A stretch of 64,000 bases of DNA, from IMG/VR virus record IMGVR_UViG_3300021373_003070. One strand, given 5' to 3'. The position numbers and the translations under genes were made by a program. Source of the stretch: a virus. Shown in pieces: positions 39,029 through 48,928 of the stretch (position 1 is the stretch's first letter; the number at the start of each line of letters is the position of its first letter). The notes beneath the pieces were generated by a model. The model was not told the DNA's origin. It did not search any database and saw only the letters and a program-made list of their open reading frames with translations.

Positions 39029-40773
39029 TGGCTATTACATATAGTACAAACGCTGCTGATAAACGAATGGTTCAGTGGTGGTCAGGCGACACTCTTACTG
39101 GTTGGGGTGGACCAAACGACGGCCTAGATTCTTTCGGTGCTGAGATTGAAGGGACATCGTGCGTTGTAATTGCTGCTCGTAAAAACGAAAATCTTTCTAT
39201 TACATATACGAGTACTCTCACTAGTGTGCCGGCCGGATCACAACTTATTTTTAATACGTATACTATTATTGGTAATGTACTTACATCATTTGATATTGAC
39301 GTAAATGATGGCGCAACAGGTACAGCTAATTTTGATATTCTATCAGAATTTACCGGTGCAACTCCTTCATTAAACCTAGGTTCTTTTGTTGCTATCGCAA
39401 TGGATTTAGAAGCAGGCACTCTTAATGCACCTACAAATAACTTATCAGATATATCATATAATCTAAACGTTCAGAACGTAAACATTCGTTCAACTGATAA
39501 TTTCTTCTTAGACGCAGCTTATGTTGGCGATGGTGTAACACTTATCGGAACAACGGTTGGGGATAAACTCTTTACTGAGGCTCAGGCGCAAGATATTTCA
39601 AACGATATTCATAACGGTGTTTTACAGGCATTTGAGGATGTAATCTTTGCTCAGCATGATATTGATATTGATACGACCACAGGCAATAGCGATAAAGAGT
39701 CTTTGACCTTTATTGAAACAAATAACGGTGCAAACACTTACGAATTAAATGGCACTGGAACTGCGGTCTTTACTGGCACTAATATTCAGACTACCGGCAC
39801 TGTGACATGCACAGTCAATATGAGTAATATGACGTCGTTTAGTATGACTGCTGGTTCGATGAACAACATTACCACGATCACATTCGGATCAGGTCAAACT
39901 ATTACAAGAGCCAATTTCAACGATGTTACTACATTCAACACCGGCGCTTCTACATTTACGAATAATACTCTGAATACTATCACTACTGCTAATATTTCAA
40001 CAGCAGCTTCAGGTTGTACATTTAATAGTGTCACTACTCCGAATGTAACAGCTGCTTTAACAAGTTGTACATTTAATGAATCCGGCGAAGTTGATATCTC
40101 AACAGGCGGTGGTACTCTTACAAGCTGTGCATTTACAAATACGACAGCAGCGATTGCGTTGACTATTGCTGATTTAAACGATATTGATGATCTTTCATTT
40201 ACAGGCGATAACACAAGTCATGCTGTCGATGTTGGTACAATATCAACAAACACGACACGAACTTGGAATCACACAGTTGTTAGCGGCTATGCAGGCACAA
40301 ACGTAGCTGCGAATGCATCCAGCACTGCAGGAGATTCTGAAGTAATATTAGTAAACGTAGCGACTGGTGTAACACTTACAATTAATGTAGCTGCTGGAGC
40401 AACAGTTCCTACTTATCGAAATACTGGCCCAGGAACAGTAGTTGTACAGCAAACAGTTAATTTCGATGTAACGAATATATACGGTGGTACTGAGTTGCGT
40501 TTGTTTACAGATCCTGCACTCGCAGCTCTTGGAGGTGCAGAAGATGTGGCGAACACTTCTACATATGACTCAGGATTTAGTCAGTTATCTGGTCCTGATG
40601 CTTTAGGTAGATATAATGTAAGATATCAATATAATTATACTGCCGACACTGATATATTTGTCGTAGTACATTCACTTGATTATCAATATCTTAGATTGAG
40701 CACGACGTTGGGTTCATCTGATAGCAGTTTACAGATAAATCAAGTCTTCGACAGACAGTATGAGAATCCATAA
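39028..40773 (+). CDS. Putative virion protein with a beta-helix-like region
   Basis: Thr/Asn-rich, with repeated xTxCxFN / xTxNxL beta-helix-like strands. Confidence 0.6.
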   Translation: MAITYSTNAADKRMVQWWSGDTLTGWGGPNDGLDSFGAEIEGTSCVVIAARKNENLSITYTSTLTSVPAGSQLIFNTYTIIGNVLTSFDIDVNDGATGTANFDILSEFTGATPSLNLGSFVAIAMDLEAGTLNAPTNNLSDISYNLNVQNVNIRSTDNFFLDAAYVGDGVTLIGTTVGDKLFTEAQAQDISNDIHNGVLQAFEDVIFAQHDIDIDTTTGNSDKESLTFIETNNGANTYELNGTGTAVFTGTNIQTTGTVTCTVNMSNMTSFSMTAGSMNNITTITFGSGQTITRANFNDVTTFNTGASTFTNNTLNTITTANISTAASGCTFNSVTTPNVTAALTSCTFNESGEVDISTGGGTLTSCAFTNTTAAIALTIADLNDIDDLSFTGDNTSHAVDVGTISTNTTRTWNHTVVSGYAGTNVAANASSTAGDSEVILVNVATGVTLTINVAAGATVPTYRNTGPGTVVVQQTVNFDVTNIYGGTELRLFTDPALAALGGAEDVANTSTYDSGFSQLSGPDALGRYNVRYQYNYTADTDIFVVVHSLDYQYLRLSTTLGSSDSSLQINQVFDRQYENP

Positions 40774-40777
40774 TTTT

Positions 40778-40785
40778 TATAAATA
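40778..40785 (+). promoter_or_regulatory. T4-type late promoter
   Basis: Intergenic TATAAATA. Confidence 0.8.
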
Positions 40786-40822
40786 AAAAGAACAATAACC
40801 CCCCTTAACAGGAGATTCAACA

Positions 40823-42913
40823 ATGGCAGTTTTCGTAGCTACAGACATTATTACTGATCCGGATGATTTGTCCGCAACAGTAAAATTGACAACTGAGACA
40901 CGAGCGGCAGCTGATGAGATTTTTATCGATACTACACCTGCAGGAACTCCTGCCGATCCTCGTACGATCGCTGTAATTATCGATGATGGTAATAATGGTA
41001 TGAAAGAAGCCGGTCTGACACTTAAGTGTCTTTATTCATTCCTCAAAGAAGAATGGCGTACTAACGCCGATCTAATCAAATTCCCTTTCCCCATGACTCC
41101 AATTACGGATGAGCAGTTTGAATTTACACAGGGATGGAACTTAGAAGCCACAACAACATCTGGTACTGGTAATGACGGTTCAGGTGTAACCACTCCCTAC
41201 CTCATCCGTACAGGTGGTTGGGCTGTAAATAACGCACGTGCAGGATACTCTGGTACAGTACGTGATTCAGAGCGTTGGTTTAGTGCGATTACTCTTGGTG
41301 CTCTTGATTCAAATGACCAAGTTTACTATCGTCAGATTGATGATACTACGACTGCACCTACAGATGTATTCCTCGAAGGCACTGTAAACCAAGCAGTACA
41401 ATTCTATCGCAATGACAATCCAGACGCAGACGGTGATACAGATGATACGAACGAATTTGATTATACAAACTTCTTTGAAATCTTTATTCGTACATTTGGT
41501 AAAACATATACGCAGACTAACTTGGCGGATATCGGTGCGGGCGACGGTGTAACATATCAGGCTTATCGTTTCCCACTTGCAAACGCATCGGATCCAAAAG
41601 TTACACAATCCGAAGCAGCAGCATCTGGTGATTCAATCACTATTTCTAATATCGACGGCGATGCTACTACGATCACTGTTGATACTACAGCTGCACACGG
41701 TCTTGCTGTAGGCGATACAGTTGATATCTTTAGTACAACTAACTATAACGCGAATGGCTTCGTAATTGCTACAGTACCTGATGCAAATACATTTACGATC
41801 GCAAACACTGGATTCGATCAAGCTGCAGAAACATCAGGCAACGTTGCTGGCCAGTTCTTCCGCAATATGAGCTTGTCATGGGCTAATACCACTGTTAATA
41901 CACAACAAACAGGATTTAACGACACGTTTGATACTACAGGTGTTTCTGTACCAGAAGCTTACTTCACAGTAAATCTAGATGCTGACGTAGCTGGTAACTT
42001 GTCAACGAAAGCATCTGCAGAATACATTTACATGTGGACTCAGGCGCAGCTGCGAAAGACAACAGACATCAATGAAAATACAAGTGATACTGGTGTACGT
42101 CGTGGTGATATTACTCCTCTTAAAGTACGTTTCGTGGGTGATGACTTATTCACGATTGGTAAGAAAGATGTACCCGGTGCTGTTGATTACGAAGGTGTAT
42201 ACATTACTGACTTCGCAACAGGCGATCAGAACAGATTGCACTTCTTCGGTTATGGTTCAGAGCAAAATGCAGCTGCAACTATTTCAGCTGCAGCACGTGC
42301 CTCAAACATCGTAACAGTTGATACTTCAGGTGATCACGGATTTATTGTTGGTGATTACATTACTATTGCAAACACAGACGCAACTACTGATTCGTTTAAT
42401 GGTAACTTTGAGATTGCGACAGTACCTGATGCAAATACATTCACATTTGCTCAAACTGGAGCTGATGAGTCAGCAACAGTAACTGGTTCATCAGTTGCAG
42501 AACCAGCGGAATTTGAAAACCTCACATTCCCATTCGTATCTACGTTGATTTTAAACTTCAACTCAAACCTAACAGACGACACTGATGCTATCTTCCGTGT
42601 ATTCTTTACAAATGACGACGCTGGTGATAATACCGGCCGAGACTTTGGTACAAAGGATGCATTGCTAGTACAAGATAGTTCTTCTACTGATATCTCAGGT
42701 ACAGTATCTGCTGCTTCGTTAGAGTTCTCATACGCTTATGATTCAAACGTTCAGCGTGGTTCTGCATCAGCTGGTGAAGATGTACCGATTACAGTAGTTG
42801 CAATTGGTCTTAATGATGCGCAGTATGTATCAGCTTCTGCGACAATTCAACGAGCTGACTTAACAGTATCTCTTGTTGCACCGCTCGAGAGAAACTACGC
42901 TAACCCAGCTTAA
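40823..42913 (+). CDS. Putative virion structural protein
   Basis: Own late promoter and GGAG RBS; LYSFLKEEW..FPFPM..GW domain; two TVDT..HG..VGD modules; ends ERNYANP. Confidence 0.65.
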   Translation: MAVFVATDIITDPDDLSATVKLTTETRAAADEIFIDTTPAGTPADPRTIAVIIDDGNNGMKEAGLTLKCLYSFLKEEWRTNADLIKFPFPMTPITDEQFEFTQGWNLEATTTSGTGNDGSGVTTPYLIRTGGWAVNNARAGYSGTVRDSERWFSAITLGALDSNDQVYYRQIDDTTTAPTDVFLEGTVNQAVQFYRNDNPDADGDTDDTNEFDYTNFFEIFIRTFGKTYTQTNLADIGAGDGVTYQAYRFPLANASDPKVTQSEAAASGDSITISNIDGDATTITVDTTAAHGLAVGDTVDIFSTTNYNANGFVIATVPDANTFTIANTGFDQAAETSGNVAGQFFRNMSLSWANTTVNTQQTGFNDTFDTTGVSVPEAYFTVNLDADVAGNLSTKASAEYIYMWTQAQLRKTTDINENTSDTGVRRGDITPLKVRFVGDDLFTIGKKDVPGAVDYEGVYITDFATGDQNRLHFFGYGSEQNAAATISAAARASNIVTVDTSGDHGFIVGDYITIANTDATTDSFNGNFEIATVPDANTFTFAQTGADESATVTGSSVAEPAEFENLTFPFVSTLILNFNSNLTDDTDAIFRVFFTNDDAGDNTGRDFGTKDALLVQDSSSTDISGTVSAASLEFSYAYDSNVQRGSASAGEDVPITVVAIGLNDAQYVSASATIQRADLTVSLVAPLERNYANPA

Positions 42914-42928
42914 TAAATAGTTTATGAA

Positions 42929-42952
42929 GGGCCCTTCGGGGCCCATATTTTG
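42929..42952 (+). terminator. C(UUCG)G hairpin terminator-like element
   Basis: GGGCCC-TTCG-GGGCCC followed by ATATTTT. Confidence 0.6.
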
Positions 42953-42962
42953 AGAGGATAAT

Positions 42963-43511
42963 ATGATTACAAGACGCAATGTAAGAAATACATGCTTTAA
43001 GATGAAAAAAGGAAACACCGTGAAGTTTCCTGAAATCGTGGAAATCTTAGAACCTATGCTTGAAGAAAGAGGCTTTACATGGTTCGGCTTTTCTACGTGG
43101 TGGGATATTGCAATTGTCAAAGGTGAAATCATAATTATACGAGCTATTCATGACTTACAACAAGCTGAAATGGTTTGTGCACAAAAACAAATGGCCGAAA
43201 AAGTCGGCGCCGATCCTGAGTTTAGTGATGAGGAACTCGGTATTGTAGATTCCATCGAATCACAATTTCTAGATGATATTATGACTTGGCAAAATTATCG
43301 AGATGAGTGGGCTTTAACACAGGATCAAGATAATAAAAGAATTTTAACTAAGCTCATAAAAAGAAAGCCGGCGCAAAAAGTAGAAATTACACAAGACGTT
43401 ATCGATGAGATGATTAAGAAGCAATTAGAAGAAGCTTCAGGAGATCCGGACGTCGAAACTGCAAGACGAAATGTCACACCGGTCGAACACGTCGTAAAGA
43501 TATTGGAGTAA
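42963..43511 (+). CDS. Hypothetical protein
   Basis: 182-aa ORF with GAGGA RBS. Confidence 0.6.
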   Translation: MITRRNVRNTCFKMKKGNTVKFPEIVEILEPMLEERGFTWFGFSTWWDIAIVKGEIIIIRAIHDLQQAEMVCAQKQMAEKVGADPEFSDEELGIVDSIESQFLDDIMTWQNYRDEWALTQDQDNKRILTKLIKRKPAQKVEITQDVIDEMIKKQLEEASGDPDVETARRNVTPVEHVVKILE

Positions 43512-43514
43512 TAA

Positions 43515-45599
43515 ATGGCACTCGGAGATAAAAGATTTACACGTATACCACCGGAAAGTACTGGCGATCGTGTATACATGATCCATACTGCCGAGATTGA
43601 GTACAAAACATTCAACTCTGTAGCTGGTGGATCGACCGATCATTCTTGGCAAATAGGTCAGATGTATATGATTGCTGGCTTCGGTGGCAATGGTATGATG
43701 CATGTTCACGGAGTTTATGATAAAGGCGATGGCACTGGCGTTCTTGCTGTTCACTATAATAAGACTGCAAAGTATGAAAATCTTGAGCCAACAGTTGACG
43801 CTAACATCTCTTACAATGGCACTGCAGTTGCTCAAGTAGCCGCATTCTACGATGTCTACATTCCCGCGCAAAACATCATGGGCTACGATAATCCAGAATT
43901 TGGAATGGATGTTGACATCACAGGTTCAGCAAACATTCGATTCGCAGAAGGTCTCCCCCAATTAGACGCATGGGGCAAATTGCGTACATCAGGCGCTACT
44001 CATATCGGTGACTATGTATTTGGTCAAAAAGAAATTCTCGACAATAACTTCTCTCCTACACAATTAAATGGTGGTTCTGTTGTTTACGATAACGATAGAA
44101 ACTCTGTAACAGTTAAAGTGCCGGGAGCTACTGATCCTGAACATGTAACGAACGAAGGATTTGCCTCTTGTTCAAGTAATCTATACCACCACTATGTTGC
44201 GGGTAGTTCACACCTTTACATGGCCACCGCACGACTGAATAATACAGGCGGTGCATCGGGTTGTGTGAGAAACTGGGGTTTATTTGATGCTAACAACGGT
44301 TTCATGTTTAGGCTTGACGAAAACAATAATCTAAGTGTTGTTATTAGGAGTTCCACTTCAGGTAGTAGGGTTGATAATGTAATTGCACAATCTACGTGGA
44401 ACGGCGATAAAGTCAATGGATCTGGTGATTCACAGGCAACATTAGACTTATCAAAAGATAACATCTACTGGATTGACGTTCAGTGGCATGGTGCGGGTCG
44501 AGTACGATTTGGTACCTACATCGACGGCGCTCGTGTTGTAATGCACTCATACTATCATGGTAACAACTATGAAGTTGCTATGTCGCAAACTGCTTCGTTG
44601 CCTACATGTTGGAGTGTAAAAGCAGTCACAGGCCCAACCGATGATACGTCTATTGAAACATGGTCTGCGTCTGTGTGGACTGAGACAACATTAGATCTTA
44701 ATGAGAAAGGTCAGCAAGCAACCTATGCAACGCCACACACAACAGTGACATCAAATATTTCAGATGATTGGCAATACCTCTTTTCTATTTCTCCAAAAGT
44801 AGAACTTCCGAATGGAGAAGTAAACCATACATTGTATATGCCAACATCGGTTACTGCGTACGCATTTGATGCTGGATTCGACGGCGGTACTGCTAACACT
44901 TCCAAAGGTAATAGTTTAGACGCAATAATCGATCTCAAAGCAGAGATTAACTCTGTAGCCTCAGGATTTGACTTTACATCAGTCTCTGGCACTACAGTAG
45001 AAGTTGATAGTTCAGCCACATCTTACCAAAACGGAAAAATTCTTCTTGAAGAAATGTTCGCTGGGCGTTACGAAACAGATACAACCGATACGTTCAATAA
45101 CTGGCAATACGGTTCTGTTAAAAACTTTGCGGATGATGGCGGTACTATTATCAATAATATTCAAACCGTATCAAACGCTTCTCCTGCTGTGATTACAGTT
45201 ACATCTGGTGAAAGAGTCGAAGTGCGTGACCCGATTGCGGCAGGTGTTGCAGAATTTCCACTTAACATTGCAGAGTATGCATCAGACACAGATAAAAACC
45301 AACAGTACGAAGTCTATGATGCACCAGCGGGTTGGGAATCATTTGGTGGTGTTTACTACTATGTGAAGCCAATTGCGGCAAATCAGTTTGAAGTCTACAA
45401 TGACTATGACAGAACTACCGATACATTCTCAAATCCAGTTGATACTTCAGCACTTCCAGCATGGCCGGGTGGTAGCTCATACATCAAAGGATTCAGAGGT
45501 CCACGAGTCATCTGGTCATTCTATGCTAAGACAAGAACGGCTTTACATCACAATGTCAAGTTGATGGTTACTGTAAACTGGAAAGAGATTATTCAGTAA
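43515..45599 (+). CDS. Conserved phage structural protein (lectin-like beta-sandwich)
   Basis: LDAWGKLRTS..WGLFD..NG..WNGDK..G.G.S..LD..K.NIY.ID.QW.GAGRVRFG, a motif set seen in phage virion proteins. Confidence 0.6.
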   Translation: MALGDKRFTRIPPESTGDRVYMIHTAEIEYKTFNSVAGGSTDHSWQIGQMYMIAGFGGNGMMHVHGVYDKGDGTGVLAVHYNKTAKYENLEPTVDANISYNGTAVAQVAAFYDVYIPAQNIMGYDNPEFGMDVDITGSANIRFAEGLPQLDAWGKLRTSGATHIGDYVFGQKEILDNNFSPTQLNGGSVVYDNDRNSVTVKVPGATDPEHVTNEGFASCSSNLYHHYVAGSSHLYMATARLNNTGGASGCVRNWGLFDANNGFMFRLDENNNLSVVIRSSTSGSRVDNVIAQSTWNGDKVNGSGDSQATLDLSKDNIYWIDVQWHGAGRVRFGTYIDGARVVMHSYYHGNNYEVAMSQTASLPTCWSVKAVTGPTDDTSIETWSASVWTETTLDLNEKGQQATYATPHTTVTSNISDDWQYLFSISPKVELPNGEVNHTLYMPTSVTAYAFDAGFDGGTANTSKGNSLDAIIDLKAEINSVASGFDFTSVSGTTVEVDSSATSYQNGKILLEEMFAGRYETDTTDTFNNWQYGSVKNFADDGGTIINNIQTVSNASPAVITVTSGERVEVRDPIAAGVAEFPLNIAEYASDTDKNQQYEVYDAPAGWESFGGVYYYVKPIAANQFEVYNDYDRTTDTFSNPVDTSALPAWPGGSSYIKGFRGPRVIWSFYAKTRTALHHNVKLMVTVNWKEIIQ

Positions 45600-46183
45600 T
45601 GCCTTCTATACACCAGTTTTATGGCAATCGATGGATGTGGGAAGATTACCCTAATCAAAAGGTTGTCTTTGATGGTCCTACGAAAACTATATTCGTAAAT
45701 GAAGGTGTTACAGAGTTAGATGTAAAAGAAGATATCTATTCGGCTTGGAAAGAGTGGAGTATCTATTCAACAGAACAGGGTACTGCAACAACATGGCCAA
45801 AAGCTATTACAGCGATTGGTGGTGACCCGATTACAGCTGATCAAAATGTTGGTACTACATTCTTCCTCGAGAATGGATGGAGAATACAACCGTTTGCTAG
45901 TAAAGATCCTTATGTTTTGACAGTAAACGGAAATATTTACACACGAGAAACTGGAGAGAATCCTTTCCTCTTTGCTGAAGGTGTATCGACATCTCTTGTA
46001 CGATCTAACATCGTAGATTTGATTAGAGTCGAAGCGCTTGGTGTAAATATCACAAATACAGATATTGCTGCGATTGCTGACAGTGTATGGGATGAAGCTT
46101 TATCTGATCATGTCACGGCAGGTACAACCGGTAATAAACTTGGCAAGATCGCAACAAAAATTCAAGATATTGCTTTAAGATAA
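45599..46183 (+). CDS. Putative virion protein, related to the N-domain of 40823-42913
   Basis: IYSAWKEW..GGDP..FFLENGW resembles LYSFLKEEW..FEFTQGW; C-terminal IADSVWDE. Confidence 0.6.
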   Translation: MPSIHQFYGNRWMWEDYPNQKVVFDGPTKTIFVNEGVTELDVKEDIYSAWKEWSIYSTEQGTATTWPKAITAIGGDPITADQNVGTTFFLENGWRIQPFASKDPYVLTVNGNIYTRETGENPFLFAEGVSTSLVRSNIVDLIRVEALGVNITNTDIAAIADSVWDEALSDHVTAGTTGNKLGKIATKIQDIALR

Positions 46184-46189
46184 TTTGAA

Positions 46190-46197
46190 TATAAATA
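46190..46197 (+). promoter_or_regulatory. Late promoter for gp67
   Basis: Intergenic TATAAATA. Confidence 0.8.
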
Positions 46198-46205
46198 GAT
46201 AGAAT

Positions 46206-46472
46206 ATGGAGAATACTATGACAGACGTAACAGATTTTATTCAAGCGGCCGTAGCCGATAAGCCAATTGCTGCACAACATGCATTTGCCGCTGCTATGGA
46301 CGACAGAGTCGATACTGCACTTACTGCCAAGTATGACGAAGTACAACAACAGATCTTCAATGGAGTTGACGAAGTTGAAGTCGACGAGACAGAATATGAA
46401 GCCGTAGAAGCTGAAATGTCCGATGAAGATCATACAGATTTAGAAACAGAAATGGAAGATAACGATGTCTGA
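46206..46472 (+). CDS. gp67: Prohead core protein gp67-like
   Basis: Short protein with a helical N-terminus (DFIQA..F..AM..RV..AL) and an acidic tail; after a late promoter and upstream of gp21. Confidence 0.65.
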   Translation: MENTMTDVTDFIQAAVADKPIAAQHAFAAAMDDRVDTALTAKYDEVQQQIFNGVDEVEVDETEYEAVEAEMSDEDHTDLETEMEDNDV

Positions 46473-47250
46473 TATACTAAACACAGTTCTTGAAAAATTC
46501 AAGAAGGTAGAAGGTGGAATCCTAGATCCACAACGTTCCGGTGCAGACGGTGCTGAAGATAATTTTATCGGTAAGCATATTGATAATGTGCAGGCAACCG
46601 ACGGACCCGGCGTTGAAAAAGAAAAAGGCCATCCACATAATGCCGGTGAGAAAGTAAAGATGGCGGATCGCAAAAAAGATCGTAAAGGTTACGAGCCAAA
46701 AGAAGATGCTGAAGTATATGAATCATCTGATGAAGGTTATGATATCGAAGATTTCTATGTAGCCGAAGAAGACGATCTTGATGTTGAATTCGACATGGAA
46801 ACACTCAAGGAAGATAGTCTCTACTTCATGAACATTTTTGAAGAAGCTGTAGCAGAATTCATCGAAGAAGAAGCCGACGAAGAAGAAAAAGAGATGTTGG
46901 AAGAGATGATGTCTACCGATGAAGGTATGATGGAACTCATTGATTCTTTGTTCGAAGAGAAAGAGTGTGGCGAGTGCGGCAAGGCAATCGAAAATTGTAA
47001 GTGCGACGACCACGATCATGAAGGCACATCTGACGACGATGTCATTGACGCTAAGCCAAGGTTGAAGAAGACTGATAAAGAAACAACAAAAGAAGGCTAT
47101 GGCAAAAAGAAGTCAATGAAGGAAGGCGAAGAAGAAGATGGCGGAGCCACAGTTAACACTAAGCGCGCTGATGTAAAAATGATCAAGACTCGTACACCTG
47201 ATGGCCGTGTTATCTTTCGAAAGGATAGAAAGGACATCAAGGTTAACTAA
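46465..47250 (+). CDS. Acidic head-module protein (scaffold/internal protein-like)
   Basis: Very Glu-rich; contains CGECGKAIENCKCDDHDH. Confidence 0.6.
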   Translation: MSDILNTVLEKFKKVEGGILDPQRSGADGAEDNFIGKHIDNVQATDGPGVEKEKGHPHNAGEKVKMADRKKDRKGYEPKEDAEVYESSDEGYDIEDFYVAEEDDLDVEFDMETLKEDSLYFMNIFEEAVAEFIEEEADEEEKEMLEEMMSTDEGMMELIDSLFEEKECGECGKAIENCKCDDHDHEGTSDDDVIDAKPRLKKTDKETTKEGYGKKKSMKEGEEEDGGATVNTKRADVKMIKTRTPDGRVIFRKDRKDIKVN

Positions 47251-47966
47251 TGGTTGCTCGTTATTATCCTGACGACTTCAGTATAAACATTGCTCGTGGT
47301 ATTGTAAAAGGTACCACTAGCAATCATAAGTTCGGCGCTGTTCCTCAAATGAGTAACGCCGCAACTGGTACTGTATGGGATATTAACGATACTGTTTATC
47401 CATGGTCAGCGTATGACGTTGCGAATACTGCTGTCATTCCTACTGTTGCTAGCGATGATAATGGAAAGACAATTACGGTACAAGGTTTAGATCAAGATTA
47501 CAATTTTGCTGAAGAAGAATTTGTTGTTTCTTCAACAGTAGCAACAACAGGTTCGGTAGAATTTAAAAGAATAAATCGAGCTTTTGTAAGTGCAGGAGCT
47601 GATAATGCAGCGAATGTAAATATAACATATAATGGAACAAACGTAGCAAGAATTGGTGCCGGCAATGGTCAAACACTTATGAGTGTTTACACTGTACCAG
47701 CCGGAACAGATGCTTTTTTATTAAAGTTTGTAGCATCTGCTAGCGCAGATGCTTCTTTGTTTTTTAGACGTAGAGATTTTAATCAAGAAGCATTTAGAAT
47801 CGCTCATACTGGTGAGCTTGTAAACTTTTACGAATACGAATTTGAAGTACCATTAAAATTTACAGAAAAAACAGATTTAGATGTACGTGCCACAACAGGA
47901 ACAAATAATGCTAGAATTACCTGCTGCTTTGACATCGTACTTATTCAACAAGGACTAGGATCATGA
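47250..47966 (+). CDS. Conserved phage protein (probable virion component)
   Basis: IARG..HKFG..TVW..YPW..VQGLD..F.RINR..GQTLM.VYTVPAG. Confidence 0.65.
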   Translation: MVARYYPDDFSINIARGIVKGTTSNHKFGAVPQMSNAATGTVWDINDTVYPWSAYDVANTAVIPTVASDDNGKTITVQGLDQDYNFAEEEFVVSSTVATTGSVEFKRINRAFVSAGADNAANVNITYNGTNVARIGAGNGQTLMSVYTVPAGTDAFLLKFVASASADASLFFRRRDFNQEAFRIAHTGELVNFYEYEFEVPLKFTEKTDLDVRATTGTNNARITCCFDIVLIQQGLGS

Positions 47967-48205
47967 TCGTAAAAATGAAATCAGCTGAAGTAAATCTCGG
48001 CGCAGCGACAACGGTATCAAATGCTAATGTTGTACGAGTGTATAATTCGAATTCATCTACCGATTTTGAAATCACAAATAGCAATGGTAATTCTATGACA
48101 TTACCAGCTGGTGCTATCTCATTCATCGATAAGCTACCTACTGAAACACTAACAGCCGGAAATACTGACGTTCTTGCCGTTTCTGTAGCATACAATATAG
48201 CGTAA
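47963..48205 (+). CDS. Small conserved head-module protein
   Basis: 80 aa, directly upstream of gp21. Confidence 0.6.
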   Translation: MIVKMKSAEVNLGAATTVSNANVVRVYNSNSSTDFEITNSNGNSMTLPAGAISFIDKLPTETLTAGNTDVLAVSVAYNIA

Positions 48206-48215
48206 GGAAATAGCA

Positions 48216-48878
48216 ATGAAACTCATCACAGAAGTAACCGAATCAGTCAAAGTTATTACTGAAGAGAAAGACGGTAAAAAGAACCTTTATATCGAAGGTA
48301 TTTTTCTTCAAGGTAACATCGTAAATCGCAACGGTCGTCGATACACTACAGAAATTCTTGCAAAAGAAGTAGGCAGATATATGGCAGAGACCGTACAAAA
48401 AGGGCGCGCCTATGGCGAGCTAGGTCATCCTGATGGTCCAAGCATCAATCTCGACCGTGTATCACACATTATTACCGATCTCCGCCAAGAAGGCGACAAC
48501 TTTATCGGTAAAGCAAAAATTTCTTCTACACCTATGGGTAAAATTGCAGAGGGATTGCTCTCAGATGGAGCTCAACTTGGTGTATCATCTCGCGGCATGG
48601 GTTCTATCAAAGAAGGTAAAGATGGTGTTGCTGAAGTTCAAGAGGATTTTTATCTTGCAACTGCAGCTGACATTGTCGCCGATCCTTCTGCTCCTGACGC
48701 TTTCGTAAATGGCATTATGGAAGGCGTCGAATGGGTGTGGAATCAAGATAAGTTAGTCGCTATGCAAGTAGAAGAAATGCAGCGTGAAGCTGAAAATGCT
48801 GTACGCAATAGGAAATTGAATGAACGAAAAAAATTGGCTATGTTTGAGCGATTTATCAACGAGATTTCAAAAGTTTAA
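48216..48878 (+). CDS. gp21: Prohead protease
   Basis: MKLITE..IEGIFLQ..NRNGR.Y..GELGHP..LGVSSRGMGS..DIVADPSAPDAFV. Confidence 0.97.
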   Translation: MKLITEVTESVKVITEEKDGKKNLYIEGIFLQGNIVNRNGRRYTTEILAKEVGRYMAETVQKGRAYGELGHPDGPSINLDRVSHIITDLRQEGDNFIGKAKISSTPMGKIAEGLLSDGAQLGVSSRGMGSIKEGKDGVAEVQEDFYLATAADIVADPSAPDAFVNGIMEGVEWVWNQDKLVAMQVEEMQREAENAVRNRKLNERKKLAMFERFINEISKV

Positions 48879-48882
48879 TTCA

Positions 48883-48890
48883 TATAAATA
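48883..48890 (+). promoter_or_regulatory. Late promoter for gp22
   Basis: Intergenic TATAAATA. Confidence 0.85.
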
Positions 48891-48928
48891 GTATTTACTA
48901 GAAAAAAATACCTAGGGAGATATATCTA

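Noticed and set aside
46465-47250. Calling this gene gp68
   Set aside because: The position is compatible, but I recognise no gp68 sequence features, so it is left as an acidic head-module protein
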